NCBI GenBank assembly: GCA_963664225.1
Contig: OY760937.1
Location: forward strand, 3,616,001 to 3,680,000
Length of the DNA stretch: 64,000 nt
Source of the DNA: Verrucomicrobiia bacterium
GTDB taxonomy: Bacteria > Verrucomicrobiota > Verrucomicrobiia > Limisphaerales > UBA1319
Reading direction: 5' to 3'
Below, piece by piece: positions 34,820 to 44,049 of this stretch. The first letter of the stretch is position 1, and the number at the start of each line of letters is the position of its first letter. The position numbers and the translations under genes were made by a program. The notes under the pieces were generated by a model, which was not told the DNA's origin, did not search any database, and was given only the letters and a program-made list of their open reading frames with translations.

Positions 34820-36058
34820 TTAACCGTCAACAACAACCGATTCTCTGGATTCCTTGAAGATCCGTTTTTTATCATTCAATCACCTACCGGCCAACAGACG
34901 CAAATACGGCGGGAAAAAGTCGGCAAGGTCGTCTTTGCCAATCACAGCGCGGCGCCTGCCGGGATGCGACAAGGTCACTATATACGCCTTAAAAATGGCG
35001 ACTGGTGCAGCGGCGAGATGACATCGGAGTCTCTGACTTTAACAACTCCAGGCGGTAAGGAATCGTTCGATAGGATGACCATCAAATCGCTTGTATTCAC
35101 AGCGAGCACCCCTCCGCTCGCCATCGTCACGCCGCGCACGGGCGGAACCGTTCAAGGCAAATTGGACGTGGAAGACATATCGATACAGTTGGATGTGGGG
35201 CCGGTGATCGTCATTTACAGGGATAAGATTCAAAGCATTAGCGATGAGTTTTCCCCGGTTCCCACCAGCGCAGCCGCACTCACCGCTTCTCATGAAGCCG
35301 ATGCTCCAACGCAATCGGGCAGGATCGCATCCCAGCCAGGAACCACGAACATCGAAGGAATGGTTTGGATTCCAGCCGGCGAATTCAACATGGGCAGCCC
35401 CATCGACGAGGCGGGACGCGATGGAGACGAGGGACCAGTGACCCATGTGATCATTCCGCACGGTTTTTGGATGGGCAAATGCGAAGTGACCCAGGGCGAA
35501 TACCAGGCGGTCACGGGAAAGCGCCCGAGCAACGCCAGAGGCGAAACGAACGGACCGGTTGAAAAAGTAAGCTGGTACGACGCGATGCAGTATTGTGCCC
35601 AGCGAACACAGCAGGAGAATCTGGCGGCGAAACTGCCTGAAGGCTATGCCTATCGTCTGCCCACCGAGGCCGAATGGGAATATGCCTGCCGGGCGGGGAC
35701 ATCCACGCGCTATTGTTACGGTGACGACAAGGGCGAATTTCGACTGGGCGAATATGCCTGGTTTCTGCGCAATGGCGGTTCGATGACCCACCCCGTGGGA
35801 CTCCTTAAGCCCAATGCCTGGGGCCTCCATGACATGCACGGCAACGTTTGGGAGTGGTGCTTTGACCGCTGGCAGAGCATCCTGCCGGGCGGCAGCATCA
35901 CCAACCTCCCGGTTGCCGGCGAAGGTTCTCTGCGTGTGGCGCGCGGCGGTTCCTGGCTCTATGAAGGGAAGGCATGCCGGTCCGCCAACCGGGATGATTA
36001 CGGCCCATCAAACCGTTGCAGCGATGTCGGATTCCGAGTCGTTCTGGCCCCGCTTTGA
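34820..36058 (+). pseudogene. 3' part of the FGE-sulfatase (SUMF1/EgtB/PvdO) domain protein
   Basis: FNMGSP, EVTQGEY, PVEKVSW, RLPTEAEWEYACRAG, DMHGNVWEW, RGGSW, GFRVV. Confidence 0.88.
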
Positions 36059-36198
36059 CGGGACCTGGCGATCAACACGCATTTTTCCCTCCTTAACCGC
36101 CCCGCCAAGGCTTGCTTGTCCGGATTGCTCTGTCGAATAAAGTTGAAAAAATCCGAATTTAAAAAAGAATCGGTACGTCGAACCTGATTGGACTGCAA

Positions 36199-37449
36199 AT
36201 GAAGAAGTGGATTGTCATATTTATTGTCGTAGCCGTGGTGGCCACTGGAGCTTTTTACAAGCTGCGTAACAGCAAAGCTTTAGGAGTTTCAGTTGCCGAA
36301 ACTGCGCGGCCCACCACCGCGGTCGTCGGGTACACGAACATTCTTTTTGCCATTACCGCCGCTGGCGATATAGGCCCTGCCGATCAAGTCTCCGTGCGAC
36401 CGGAAATCAACGGATTGATTCAGGATTTGCCCGTGGATATCGGCGATAAAGTCAAAAAAGACAGCATTCTGTTCACCTTTAACGATAAAGAACTTCAGAC
36501 ATCGAAGAAATCCCGTCTGGCTGAAATAGCAGGTGCCCAACTCCAATTGGAAAAATCCGAGCGGAATTATAAACGCAGCCAACTTCTTTTTAACGAAAAA
36601 TTGGTTTCGCAGGAAATTTTCGACGACAGCAAAACGGATTTTGAGCTGGCGAAAAATGCGCTGGAACGGGCGCAAACCGTGTTACATCAACTGGAAGAGC
36701 AACTTACAAAGACAAAAATTCTGGCTCCCTTTGACTGCACGGTTCTCACACGTCCGGTTTCCGTGGGGCAGGCGGTTTCCGGATCGGGTGGATTTAACAG
36801 CGGAACGGAAGTGATGACGATTGCGAATCTGAACGACATGATCATCAACACCCACATCAACCAGGCGGATATCACGCGGTTGAAGGTGAGCCAGGAGGTG
36901 GCCATCGAGGTGGAGGCCGTGCCGGGAATGAAACTCAAGGGCGTAATCGAACGTCTTGCGCCGCAAGCCACTGTGCGCAACGGCATCAAGGGTTTTGCGA
37001 CCCGGATCGCTTTGAAAGAACTGGATACGCGAGTGCGTCCGGGCATGACCGCGAACCTGTCCATACCGGTCGCCGCAGCCGATAATGTGCTCACCGTTCC
37101 TCTTTCTGCGGTGTTCACGGAGGAGACCGAGCGGTTTGTGCTGGTGAAAAAAGAAGATGGGACGCTGGATAAGCGGCCCGTGACGATAGGAGTGGCGGAT
37201 TTTTTCCAGGTGGAGATTCAAAGCGGATTGAAGCCTGGCGAAGTGGTTCTGATCGAGCCACCTGCGAATTTGGAAGGGGAACTGGCAGCCGCTTCAAAAC
37301 CCGGAGATACGAAGGGAATCGGGCGTCCTTTGGGGAGCCTGGGGTTGACGAGCACAGCCTCCGCAGCCACGGTGCCAAAAACCAATCTGGCCATCGCAAA
37401 GAGTCCCGCTTCGACCAACCGGCCTGCGACAACTCCAGCGGCCCGCTAA
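36199..37449 (+). CDS. MacA-like periplasmic adaptor
   Basis: N-terminal TM, lipoyl motifs, coiled coil, APFDCTV, RPGMTA. Confidence 0.9.
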   Translation: MKKWIVIFIVVAVVATGAFYKLRNSKALGVSVAETARPTTAVVGYTNILFAITAAGDIGPADQVSVRPEINGLIQDLPVDIGDKVKKDSILFTFNDKELQTSKKSRLAEIAGAQLQLEKSERNYKRSQLLFNEKLVSQEIFDDSKTDFELAKNALERAQTVLHQLEEQLTKTKILAPFDCTVLTRPVSVGQAVSGSGGFNSGTEVMTIANLNDMIINTHINQADITRLKVSQEVAIEVEAVPGMKLKGVIERLAPQATVRNGIKGFATRIALKELDTRVRPGMTANLSIPVAAADNVLTVPLSAVFTEETERFVLVKKEDGTLDKRPVTIGVADFFQVEIQSGLKPGEVVLIEPPANLEGELAAASKPGDTKGIGRPLGSLGLTSTASAATVPKTNLAIAKSPASTNRPATTPAAR

Positions 37450-37460
37450 ATTCCAAATTT

Positions 37461-38219
37461 ATGGCCCTGGTAGAGCTGCGCAACGTCAGTAAAATTTATA
37501 CCGTCGGCGATGAGGAAATCCGGGCGCTCGACGATGTGTCGCTGGATATCGGCCCCGGGGAATTCATTTCCATCATCGGACCTTCGGGCAGTGGAAAATC
37601 GACCCTGATGCACATTCTGGGTTGTCTGGACACGCCGACCAAGGGAACGATCTGTCTGGACGGAACGATGATTCACAACGCCACGCCCCGGCAACTGGCC
37701 TCGATTCGCAATCAGAAGATCGGGTTCGTTTTTCAGTTTTTCAATCTGCTGCCCAAGTTGAGCGTGCTTCAAAATGTGGAGCTGCCGATGGTGTATGCGG
37801 GGGCTTCGGCTGCCGAGCGGCGGGAGCGGGCCATGGCGGCGCTCAAGATGGTGGATCTGGAGAATCGCAGCAAGCATCGCCCCATGCAGCTTTCCGGCGG
37901 ACAGCAGCAACGCGCGGCCATCGCCCGGGCGCTGGTCAATAATCCACGCATTGTCTTTGCTGATGAACCCACGGGCAATCTCGATTCCCACACCGGCGAG
38001 GCCATTCTCACGCTATTTCACAAGTTGAGCACGGAGGGGCATACGATTGCGCTGGTCACGCACGATCCCGAGATCGCGGCGGTGACACCTCGGCGCATTG
38101 AGATTCGGGATGGAAAGATCGCCAAGAATGTCGATGCGCGGCTGGCGGGTTTGGATCGCACCGGCTTCACACTGCCCAAAGTCGAGGGTTCCGCCGCTGC
38201 GGCGCCCGGTCCCGCGTAA
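37461..38219 (+). CDS. MacB/LolD-type ABC ATP-binding protein
   Basis: [30 protein letters not shown]. Confidence 0.93.
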   Translation: MALVELRNVSKIYTVGDEEIRALDDVSLDIGPGEFISIIGPSGSGKSTLMHILGCLDTPTKGTICLDGTMIHNATPRQLASIRNQKIGFVFQFFNLLPKLSVLQNVELPMVYAGASAAERRERAMAALKMVDLENRSKHRPMQLSGGQQQRAAIARALVNNPRIVFADEPTGNLDSHTGEAILTLFHKLSTEGHTIALVTHDPEIAAVTPRRIEIRDGKIAKNVDARLAGLDRTGFTLPKVEGSAAAAPGPA

Positions 38220-38254
38220 GGATCGATGAAGGATCGGAATCGCCTCCCGCACAC

Positions 38255-39625
38255 ATGAATTTCTCGACCACCATCCTGATCGGCTTCAAGGAAATCTGGG
38301 CGCACAAGTTCCGCTCGCTCCTGACGATGCTGGGGATCATCCTGGGCGTGTCGAGCCTGGTGGCGATGTCGGCCATGGTGAAGGGGATGGAGAACGGGAT
38401 GAAAGAGGCGCTGATCGCGATCGGCGGCCTGGAAAAAATATCGGTCGAGGCGCAGGCGGTTCCTGTTTATCAAAAACATCTGGCGGATCAGGCCATGGGC
38501 GTGACGATGAATGACGTGTATGCGCTGCAAAAAAGCGCGCCGCTCGTCCGCTTGATCCAGCCGACCATGGGAATGCGGCAGCCGACGATCACGCGCGCGG
38601 GCAAGTCCTTCAATCCCTGGGTCTGCGTGGGCACCTGGCCGAGCGCGTTGGAGATGAATGAGCATGTCATCCAGTATGGGCGCATGTTCAATGACATCGA
38701 CGACGAGCAGGCGCGCAACGTGTGTGTGATTGGCACGGCGGTGCGCGACGCGCTGTTTGGCGATCCCGAGGAAACCGGCAGGGAGATCATTCCACTGGGC
38801 GAGCGAATCAACATCAACGGGCGTCTTTTCACGATCATCGGAATGTTTGAGCATTACGAGGGGGAACTGGAAAAGAAGCAGCGGTTGCTCGCCAGGGAAG
38901 CCGGTCCGGCCCCCGCAGCCACCGGTCCGGCGCGCCGTCGCGGCGGCGGTGGTGGGAATAACCGCCGGGGCAGCTTTGTTTTTTATCTGAAGAACGCCAC
39001 GGTTTACATTCCGCTGAACACCATGTGGGTGAAATTCAGGGCTTCCGCCGGCACGAACAACATTCCCGATCCGCGTCTGACCCTGTTGAACTTCAAGATT
39101 ACGGATGTGGAGAAGATGGAGCCGGCCTTGCAACAGGCGCGCAATGTGCTAATGCAAACGCACAAGGGCGTGGAGGACTTTTCGTTTCGCACGCAGGAAA
39201 GCTGGGCCGAGAACATCACCACCTCCATTCGCAATGCCCGGATGAGCGGGGGAATCATCGCGGCCATCAGCCTCATCGTCGGCGGCATCGGCATCATGAA
39301 CATCATGTTCGCGAGCATCACCGAGCGGATTCGCGAGATCGGAATTCGCAAGGCGATTGGGGCGACGACCTTCGCCGTGTTCATTCAAATCCTGGTGGAG
39401 AGCCTGGTGATCGCAATACTGGGCGGGATGGCCGGATTGGTGACGTCGTTTGGCCTGGTGCGATTGCTGGCGTATTTGTCGCCGGGAGACAACGCCCCGC
39501 AAATCACGGCGTTCTCCATGGTCATCGCCTTTGTGTTCAGCGCGGCCGTGGGCGTGCTGGCGGGGATTTTGCCGGCCATCAAGGCGGCGCGGTTGGATCC
39601 GATCTCCGCACTGCGCTACGAATAA
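38255..39625 (+). CDS. MacB/FtsX-type ABC permease
   Basis: RSLLTMLGIILG, GGIGIMNIM..ERIREIGIRKAIGA, LDPISALRYE. Confidence 0.93.
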   Translation: MNFSTTILIGFKEIWAHKFRSLLTMLGIILGVSSLVAMSAMVKGMENGMKEALIAIGGLEKISVEAQAVPVYQKHLADQAMGVTMNDVYALQKSAPLVRLIQPTMGMRQPTITRAGKSFNPWVCVGTWPSALEMNEHVIQYGRMFNDIDDEQARNVCVIGTAVRDALFGDPEETGREIIPLGERININGRLFTIIGMFEHYEGELEKKQRLLAREAGPAPAATGPARRRGGGGGNNRRGSFVFYLKNATVYIPLNTMWVKFRASAGTNNIPDPRLTLLNFKITDVEKMEPALQQARNVLMQTHKGVEDFSFRTQESWAENITTSIRNARMSGGIIAAISLIVGGIGIMNIMFASITERIREIGIRKAIGATTFAVFIQILVESLVIAILGGMAGLVTSFGLVRLLAYLSPGDNAPQITAFSMVIAFVFSAAVGVLAGILPAIKAARLDPISALRYE

Positions 39626-39631
39626 CCCGCC

Positions 39632-40993
39632 ATGAACTTATTCAACGCCATCGTCGTCGGTCTGAAGGAGGTTTGGGCGCACAAGTTCCGCTCGTTCCTC
39701 ACCATGCTCGGGATCATCCTGGGCGTGTCGAGCCTTGTGGCGCTGGCGGCGACGCTCAACGGCATGGAAAATGGCATGAAAGAATCGATGATCGCCATGG
39801 GCGGCCTGGACAAGGTGCTGTTGCGCCAGCAGGAGGTGCCGGCGTATCAGGAGCACCTGGCCGATCAGGCCCCGGGACGCACCTTGCGGGATGTGAAGGC
39901 GCTCATGCATAACGCATCGCTGCTGCGGGTCATTTCACCGGAAATGGGGATCGACGAAGGTCTGGTTTCCCGCGGGGACAAGTGGACCGAGGCGTCGGAA
40001 GTCGTGGGTGTCTGGCCCGCGGCCCTGGACATGAATCTGCACGAGGTTCAATACGGCCGTTTTTTCACGCCGCTGGATGAGGAATTCGCCAACAACGTCT
40101 GTGTGATTGGAACGGGCATCCGGGATGAATTATTCGGATCCCCCGAGGAGACCGGGCGCGAGATCATTCCCACCAACCAGGTCATTCGCGTCTGCGGCCA
40201 GTTGTTCACCGTGGTCGGGATGTTCAAGCAATACGAGAGCGAGCAGGACCGGAAGACACGCGAACTGGCGAAGACGCAGAAGAAGGTCGAGCAGGTGCAG
40301 AGCGGTCCCCCGCGGCGGCGCGGCTGGGGCGGGCGCGGCGGCTGGGCGTTCCGGCGCAAGAATAACACCGTGTATATGCCGCTCAACACCATGTGGCTGC
40401 GGTTTCGTTCCGCCACGGGCGACACCGATGTGCCCGATCCCAAGCTGACCGACATCGATTTGAAAATCGTGAGCATGGACAAGATGGAACCGGCGCTGCA
40501 ACAGGCCCGCAACATTCTCATGATTTCCCATAACGGCATCGAGGATTTTACTTTTGGCACGCAGGAAGGCGCCACGGAAAATATCAACAACGCCATGCGC
40601 AACGCGCGCATGAGCGGGGGAATTATCGCGGCCATCAGCCTCATCGTGGGCGGCATCGGCATCATGAACATCATGCTGGCCAGCATCACGGAGAGGGTGC
40701 GCGAGATTGGATTGCGCAAGGCCATCGGTGCGACCGACGTGGCGGTTTTTACGCAGATATTGGTCGAGAGCGTGGTGATCGCGGTGCTGGGCGGGCTCTT
40801 CGGTCTGGCCACCTCCTACGGGCTGGTGCATCTGCTGGAGGTGCTCACCCCCGCGCAAAACTCGCCGGTGATCTCCCTGCAATCGATGCTGTTCGCCTTC
40901 GCTTTCAGCGCCGTGGTGGGCGTGCTCGCGGGGATCTATCCCGCGGTGAAGGCCGCCCGGCTCGATCCGATCCAGGCCCTGCGCTACGAGTAG
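39632..40993 (+). CDS. MacB/FtsX-type ABC permease (tandem paralog)
   Basis: Same motifs; long near-identical stretches with the preceding gene. Confidence 0.93.
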   Translation: MNLFNAIVVGLKEVWAHKFRSFLTMLGIILGVSSLVALAATLNGMENGMKESMIAMGGLDKVLLRQQEVPAYQEHLADQAPGRTLRDVKALMHNASLLRVISPEMGIDEGLVSRGDKWTEASEVVGVWPAALDMNLHEVQYGRFFTPLDEEFANNVCVIGTGIRDELFGSPEETGREIIPTNQVIRVCGQLFTVVGMFKQYESEQDRKTRELAKTQKKVEQVQSGPPRRRGWGGRGGWAFRRKNNTVYMPLNTMWLRFRSATGDTDVPDPKLTDIDLKIVSMDKMEPALQQARNILMISHNGIEDFTFGTQEGATENINNAMRNARMSGGIIAAISLIVGGIGIMNIMLASITERVREIGLRKAIGATDVAVFTQILVESVVIAVLGGLFGLATSYGLVHLLEVLTPAQNSPVISLQSMLFAFAFSAVVGVLAGIYPAVKAARLDPIQALRYE

Positions 40994-41001
40994 TTTGGGG
41001 T

Positions 41002-41253
41002 TCAGTTGAGAGCGCTGAAATTGTTAAGGACTTCTGACCAGTAGCGCCAGCCCAGCAACAACCCTCCCAAAACGACTAGCCCCAGCGTTCCCGGCTCTGG
41101 ACCCGGCTGGATGATGGTGAGCGTTCCCGCGTAGAATCCGTCGCCGCCATATACCATTGCACTATCGAGCACTTCAGTCGTGTTGTTAATGTTCGCGAAT
41201 TCGCCTCAGCTAAAGACGGGATATTGATAGACCTGACCGATGTGCTGACTCTT
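41002..41253 (-). pseudogene. C-terminal remnant of a PEP-CTERM protein (absent from the ORF track)
   Basis: YPVFS*GEFANINNTTEVLDSAMVYGGDGFYAGTLTIIQPGPEPGTLGLVVLGGLLLGWRYW; in-frame TGA at 41206-41208; no plausible start before that stop. Confidence 0.65.
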
Positions 41254-41262
41254 TTAGCCTGG

Positions 41263-41366
41263 TATCCCGAAGGGATTAAATCAATTAGCCCGGGGTTGCG
41301 AGGAACGAGCTACCCCGGGTGGCGTCCTTATGGCGTCTCCAACACTGTAAGTGTTGAATCAATTCC
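41263..41366 (+). repeat. ~105-bp REPIN-like element, copy 1
   Basis: TATCCCGAAGGGATTAAATCA...CCCGGG..GCGAGG.ACGAGC.ACCC.GGG...CAAC.CTGTA.G.GTTGAATCAA; copy at 53602-53706. Confidence 0.7.
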
Positions 41367-41481
41367 AGTTGGGCTTTGGAAACCAGCCCTTCCTGACGTT
41401 TTTTGTCATACGCCTGCAACGCCTGGACGTGATAAAAAGTCATAAAAACTAGAACCCGATTCCCAGCCTCTTTGAGAGCCG

Positions 41482-42132
41482 CTATGGTATAGCCAGGCGA
41501 TTCGTGGCGCCATCGAGAACCATGATGGTGGCGCCAGCTCTGGCATTACTGAGTTGACTCACACTGCCGTCAGCGAAGGCAACGTTTCCTTTCTCAGAAT
41601 GCATTTCCTTGTTCCAGCCGATGGTGGAGTTGGTTGTGATATTAATCCACCGACTGTTGGCCGGTGCAATGTTGGTAAGATTTCGGTCTCCAGACATCAC
41701 AGCGGAAGGGAAATCCTGCCGTGCATCCAGGTTTAAGAAATAACTGACATTTGCCTCGGTCAGGCCGGATGAAAAAGTGGTTGCTCTACGTTTGGTCTTG
41801 TCTGCAGGACAACGCAGGATATACGGCGTGCTCAATTCGTTGGACATGACCAGGAAATGCGGGACGACCGAACCGTTGGTGGTCCATTCCATGGTGCCTC
41901 CATTGGTCACGGATACCTGCATTGGATAATTTTCGTAGTGGTCTGTGGCCCAGACCCGAAAAGACAGACCCACATTTTTTAAAAAGCTGATGCATCTTAT
42001 CCTTGATGCTTTGGCTTTTGCATTTTGGAGCGCGGGCAAGAGAATTGCCGCCAACAGCGCCAGACACGCGACGGTGACGAGAAGTTCGGTTCTGGTAAAC
42101 GCCTTTGTCAGTCTGGTTCGTGCCGAGCGCAT
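41482..42132 (-). CDS. Prepilin-type N-terminal methylation / H-X9-DG domain protein
   Basis: AFTRTELLV..LLPAL..AK; C-terminal HSEKGNVAFADGSV. Confidence 0.88.
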   Translation of the reverse strand: MRSARTRLTKAFTRTELLVTVACLALLAAILLPALQNAKAKASRIRCISFLKNVGLSFRVWATDHYENYPMQVSVTNGGTMEWTTNGSVVPHFLVMSNELSTPYILRCPADKTKRRATTFSSGLTEANVSYFLNLDARQDFPSAVMSGDRNLTNIAPANSRWINITTNSTIGWNKEMHSEKGNVAFADGSVSQLSNARAGATIMVLDGATNRLAIP

Positions 42133-42409
42133 ATATTCTTCAAGTTGATCCGACGCGATAGGGTGTGCAGATGATCAACCGTTATCGTTGGTTTGGTTCG
42201 TCCTGACAATATTCATTTTACAGCCTCTAACGATTGGTGCACAGGACAAAATTCAGGAAGCTGGTTAAAAGCCAAAACCGTACGAACCCAGCCAGGACGC
42301 CAGTCGGCGGTGTGGGGCATGTAGTCCGGCGCGGTGGCATCCTCCAAACCGTGCAATAAATCCAGCGCTCGCAATACTTCTCCTTCTCCTGGGGGAGAAG
42401 GAAGGGAGG

Positions 42410-43800
42410 GGTATGTTCTAAGGTGATGGGTAACAGTTTCTCCCAAGCACATGGGTTACACTTTGCGAATGTCATGGAAGGAAACCAGTGTGAAGGACGA
42501 ACGAACAATAATGATCAGCGAGTATCTCAGCGGAGACTATTCGATAGCCGAGGTGGCGCGGCGTAGCGGGGTCGCTCGCAAGACCGTTTACAAATGGATT
42601 CGCCGTTATGAGGAAGGGGAGGATCAGGGACTCCAGGATCAGTCCCGGGCTGCGCACCATCATTCCAACGCTATTTCCGAGCAGATGGAGGAGTTGATTT
42701 TGGAATGGAAAGCCAGGCACCCTTTGTGGGGAGCCCCCAAGATTCAGAGCAAGCTCACCGGGTTGGCGGACTGTCCGGCTGAGAGCACGGTGAGCAATGT
42801 GCTGCGTCGGCACGGGTTAACGCGCCAGGTGCGTCGCAGGATCCGTTCCCATGGCAACGCGCAGCCGATGGCCGGCCTGCTTGGACCCAATGAGCTATGG
42901 TGTGTGGATTTTAAAGGATGGTTTCGCATGGGCAATGGAGAGCGCTGCGATCCGCTGACGATTAGCGACGCCTACAGCCGTTACCTGCTAGGCTGTCAGG
43001 GGATTGTTGGGGCGACCGGGCATTTGACAGTGAAACCTCTCTTTGAAGGCATTTTCCGCGAGTATGGGTTGCCCCTGGCGATTCGCAGCGACAATGGACC
43101 GCCGTTTGCCTCACCGGGGTTGGGCCGCCTGAGCCTGTTGTCGGTTTGGTGGATGCGGTTGGGAATCAGATTGGAACGCATTGATCCTGGGCATCCTGAA
43201 CAAAATGGCCGGCACGAGCGGATGCATCGCACTTTGAAAGAAGCGGCGATAACGCCTCCGAAGGCGAACAAAGCGGCTCAACAAAAGGCATTTAACGCGT
43301 TTCGGCAGGAATTCAATCAAGAGAGGCCGCACGAGGCGTTGAACCAACACACGCCGGCCAGCGTGTTTACGCCATCCGTGAGGAACTATCCCGATCGGTT
43401 GATGCAGCCGGAGTATCCTGAGAGATGGGAAAAACGAGGGGTGCGCACCAACGGAGAGATCAAGTGGCAAGGAGGCATGATCTATGTCAGCCAGGCGTTA
43501 ATTGGCCAGTGGGTCGGGCTGGAGCCGACCGGGGATGGATTATGGAAAGTGCATTTTATGAGTCAGGAACTGGGCCATGTGGACGAGAAGCGAAGGCGCG
43601 TGCACCTCTGGAACAAGAAAAAACGTGAGCCAAACAAGAATCAAATGTTCCCCGTCCCCTCGGTTCCACTGCGCCTTTGTCGCTACGCTCCAAAGGCTCC
43701 GTTCCACCGAGGGGACGGGGGCGAGTTGGGTCAAATGAAACCTCAAAAAGTGTAACCTATGCGCTTGGAAGAAAGTGTTACCTATGTGCTTGAACATACA
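42410..43800 (+). mobile_element. IS481-family insertion sequence
   Basis: Imperfect ~55-bp TIRs with internal GGT(A/T)ACA repeats; right end GAACATACA, left end GGTATGTTC; no clean TSD. Confidence 0.8.
42469..43755 (+). CDS. IS481-family transposase
   Basis: HTH (RKTVYKWIRRY), WCVDFKG, SDNGPPF, QNGRHERMHRTLK, RPHEAL. Confidence 0.92.
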   Translation: MSWKETSVKDERTIMISEYLSGDYSIAEVARRSGVARKTVYKWIRRYEEGEDQGLQDQSRAAHHHSNAISEQMEELILEWKARHPLWGAPKIQSKLTGLADCPAESTVSNVLRRHGLTRQVRRRIRSHGNAQPMAGLLGPNELWCVDFKGWFRMGNGERCDPLTISDAYSRYLLGCQGIVGATGHLTVKPLFEGIFREYGLPLAIRSDNGPPFASPGLGRLSLLSVWWMRLGIRLERIDPGHPEQNGRHERMHRTLKEAAITPPKANKAAQQKAFNAFRQEFNQERPHEALNQHTPASVFTPSVRNYPDRLMQPEYPERWEKRGVRTNGEIKWQGGMIYVSQALIGQWVGLEPTGDGLWKVHFMSQELGHVDEKRRRVHLWNKKKREPNKNQMFPVPSVPLRLCRYAPKAPFHRGDGGELGQMKPQKV

Positions 43801-44049
43801 GTTGAGGGCGGTCGTCCTTTCAAATCTGACTCTTGCCGGACCCTCAATCGGCGCCCGGCCATTCCCGAAACTCTTGCTATATTTGTATCGTATATACTCA
43901 CATGCCCTTTTTAAGGACTTTTTCGCTTGTCGAAGAAATATGTCCTGCGCCCAATCATGTGATTTATCATTGTGCAAATTCGCTATAATGCTCTAATACT
44001 CCCACATTGCCGCTCGTCGGGGTGCGGCCTCTACGCAATGGGATCTCTG

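Noticed and set aside
33004..36058. Diversity-generating retroelement (RT next to an FGE/C-type lectin fold gene)
   Set aside because: The RT has a maturase domain and lies within a complete group II intron RNA; no template repeat of the FGE C-terminus with A-specific mismatches was seen.
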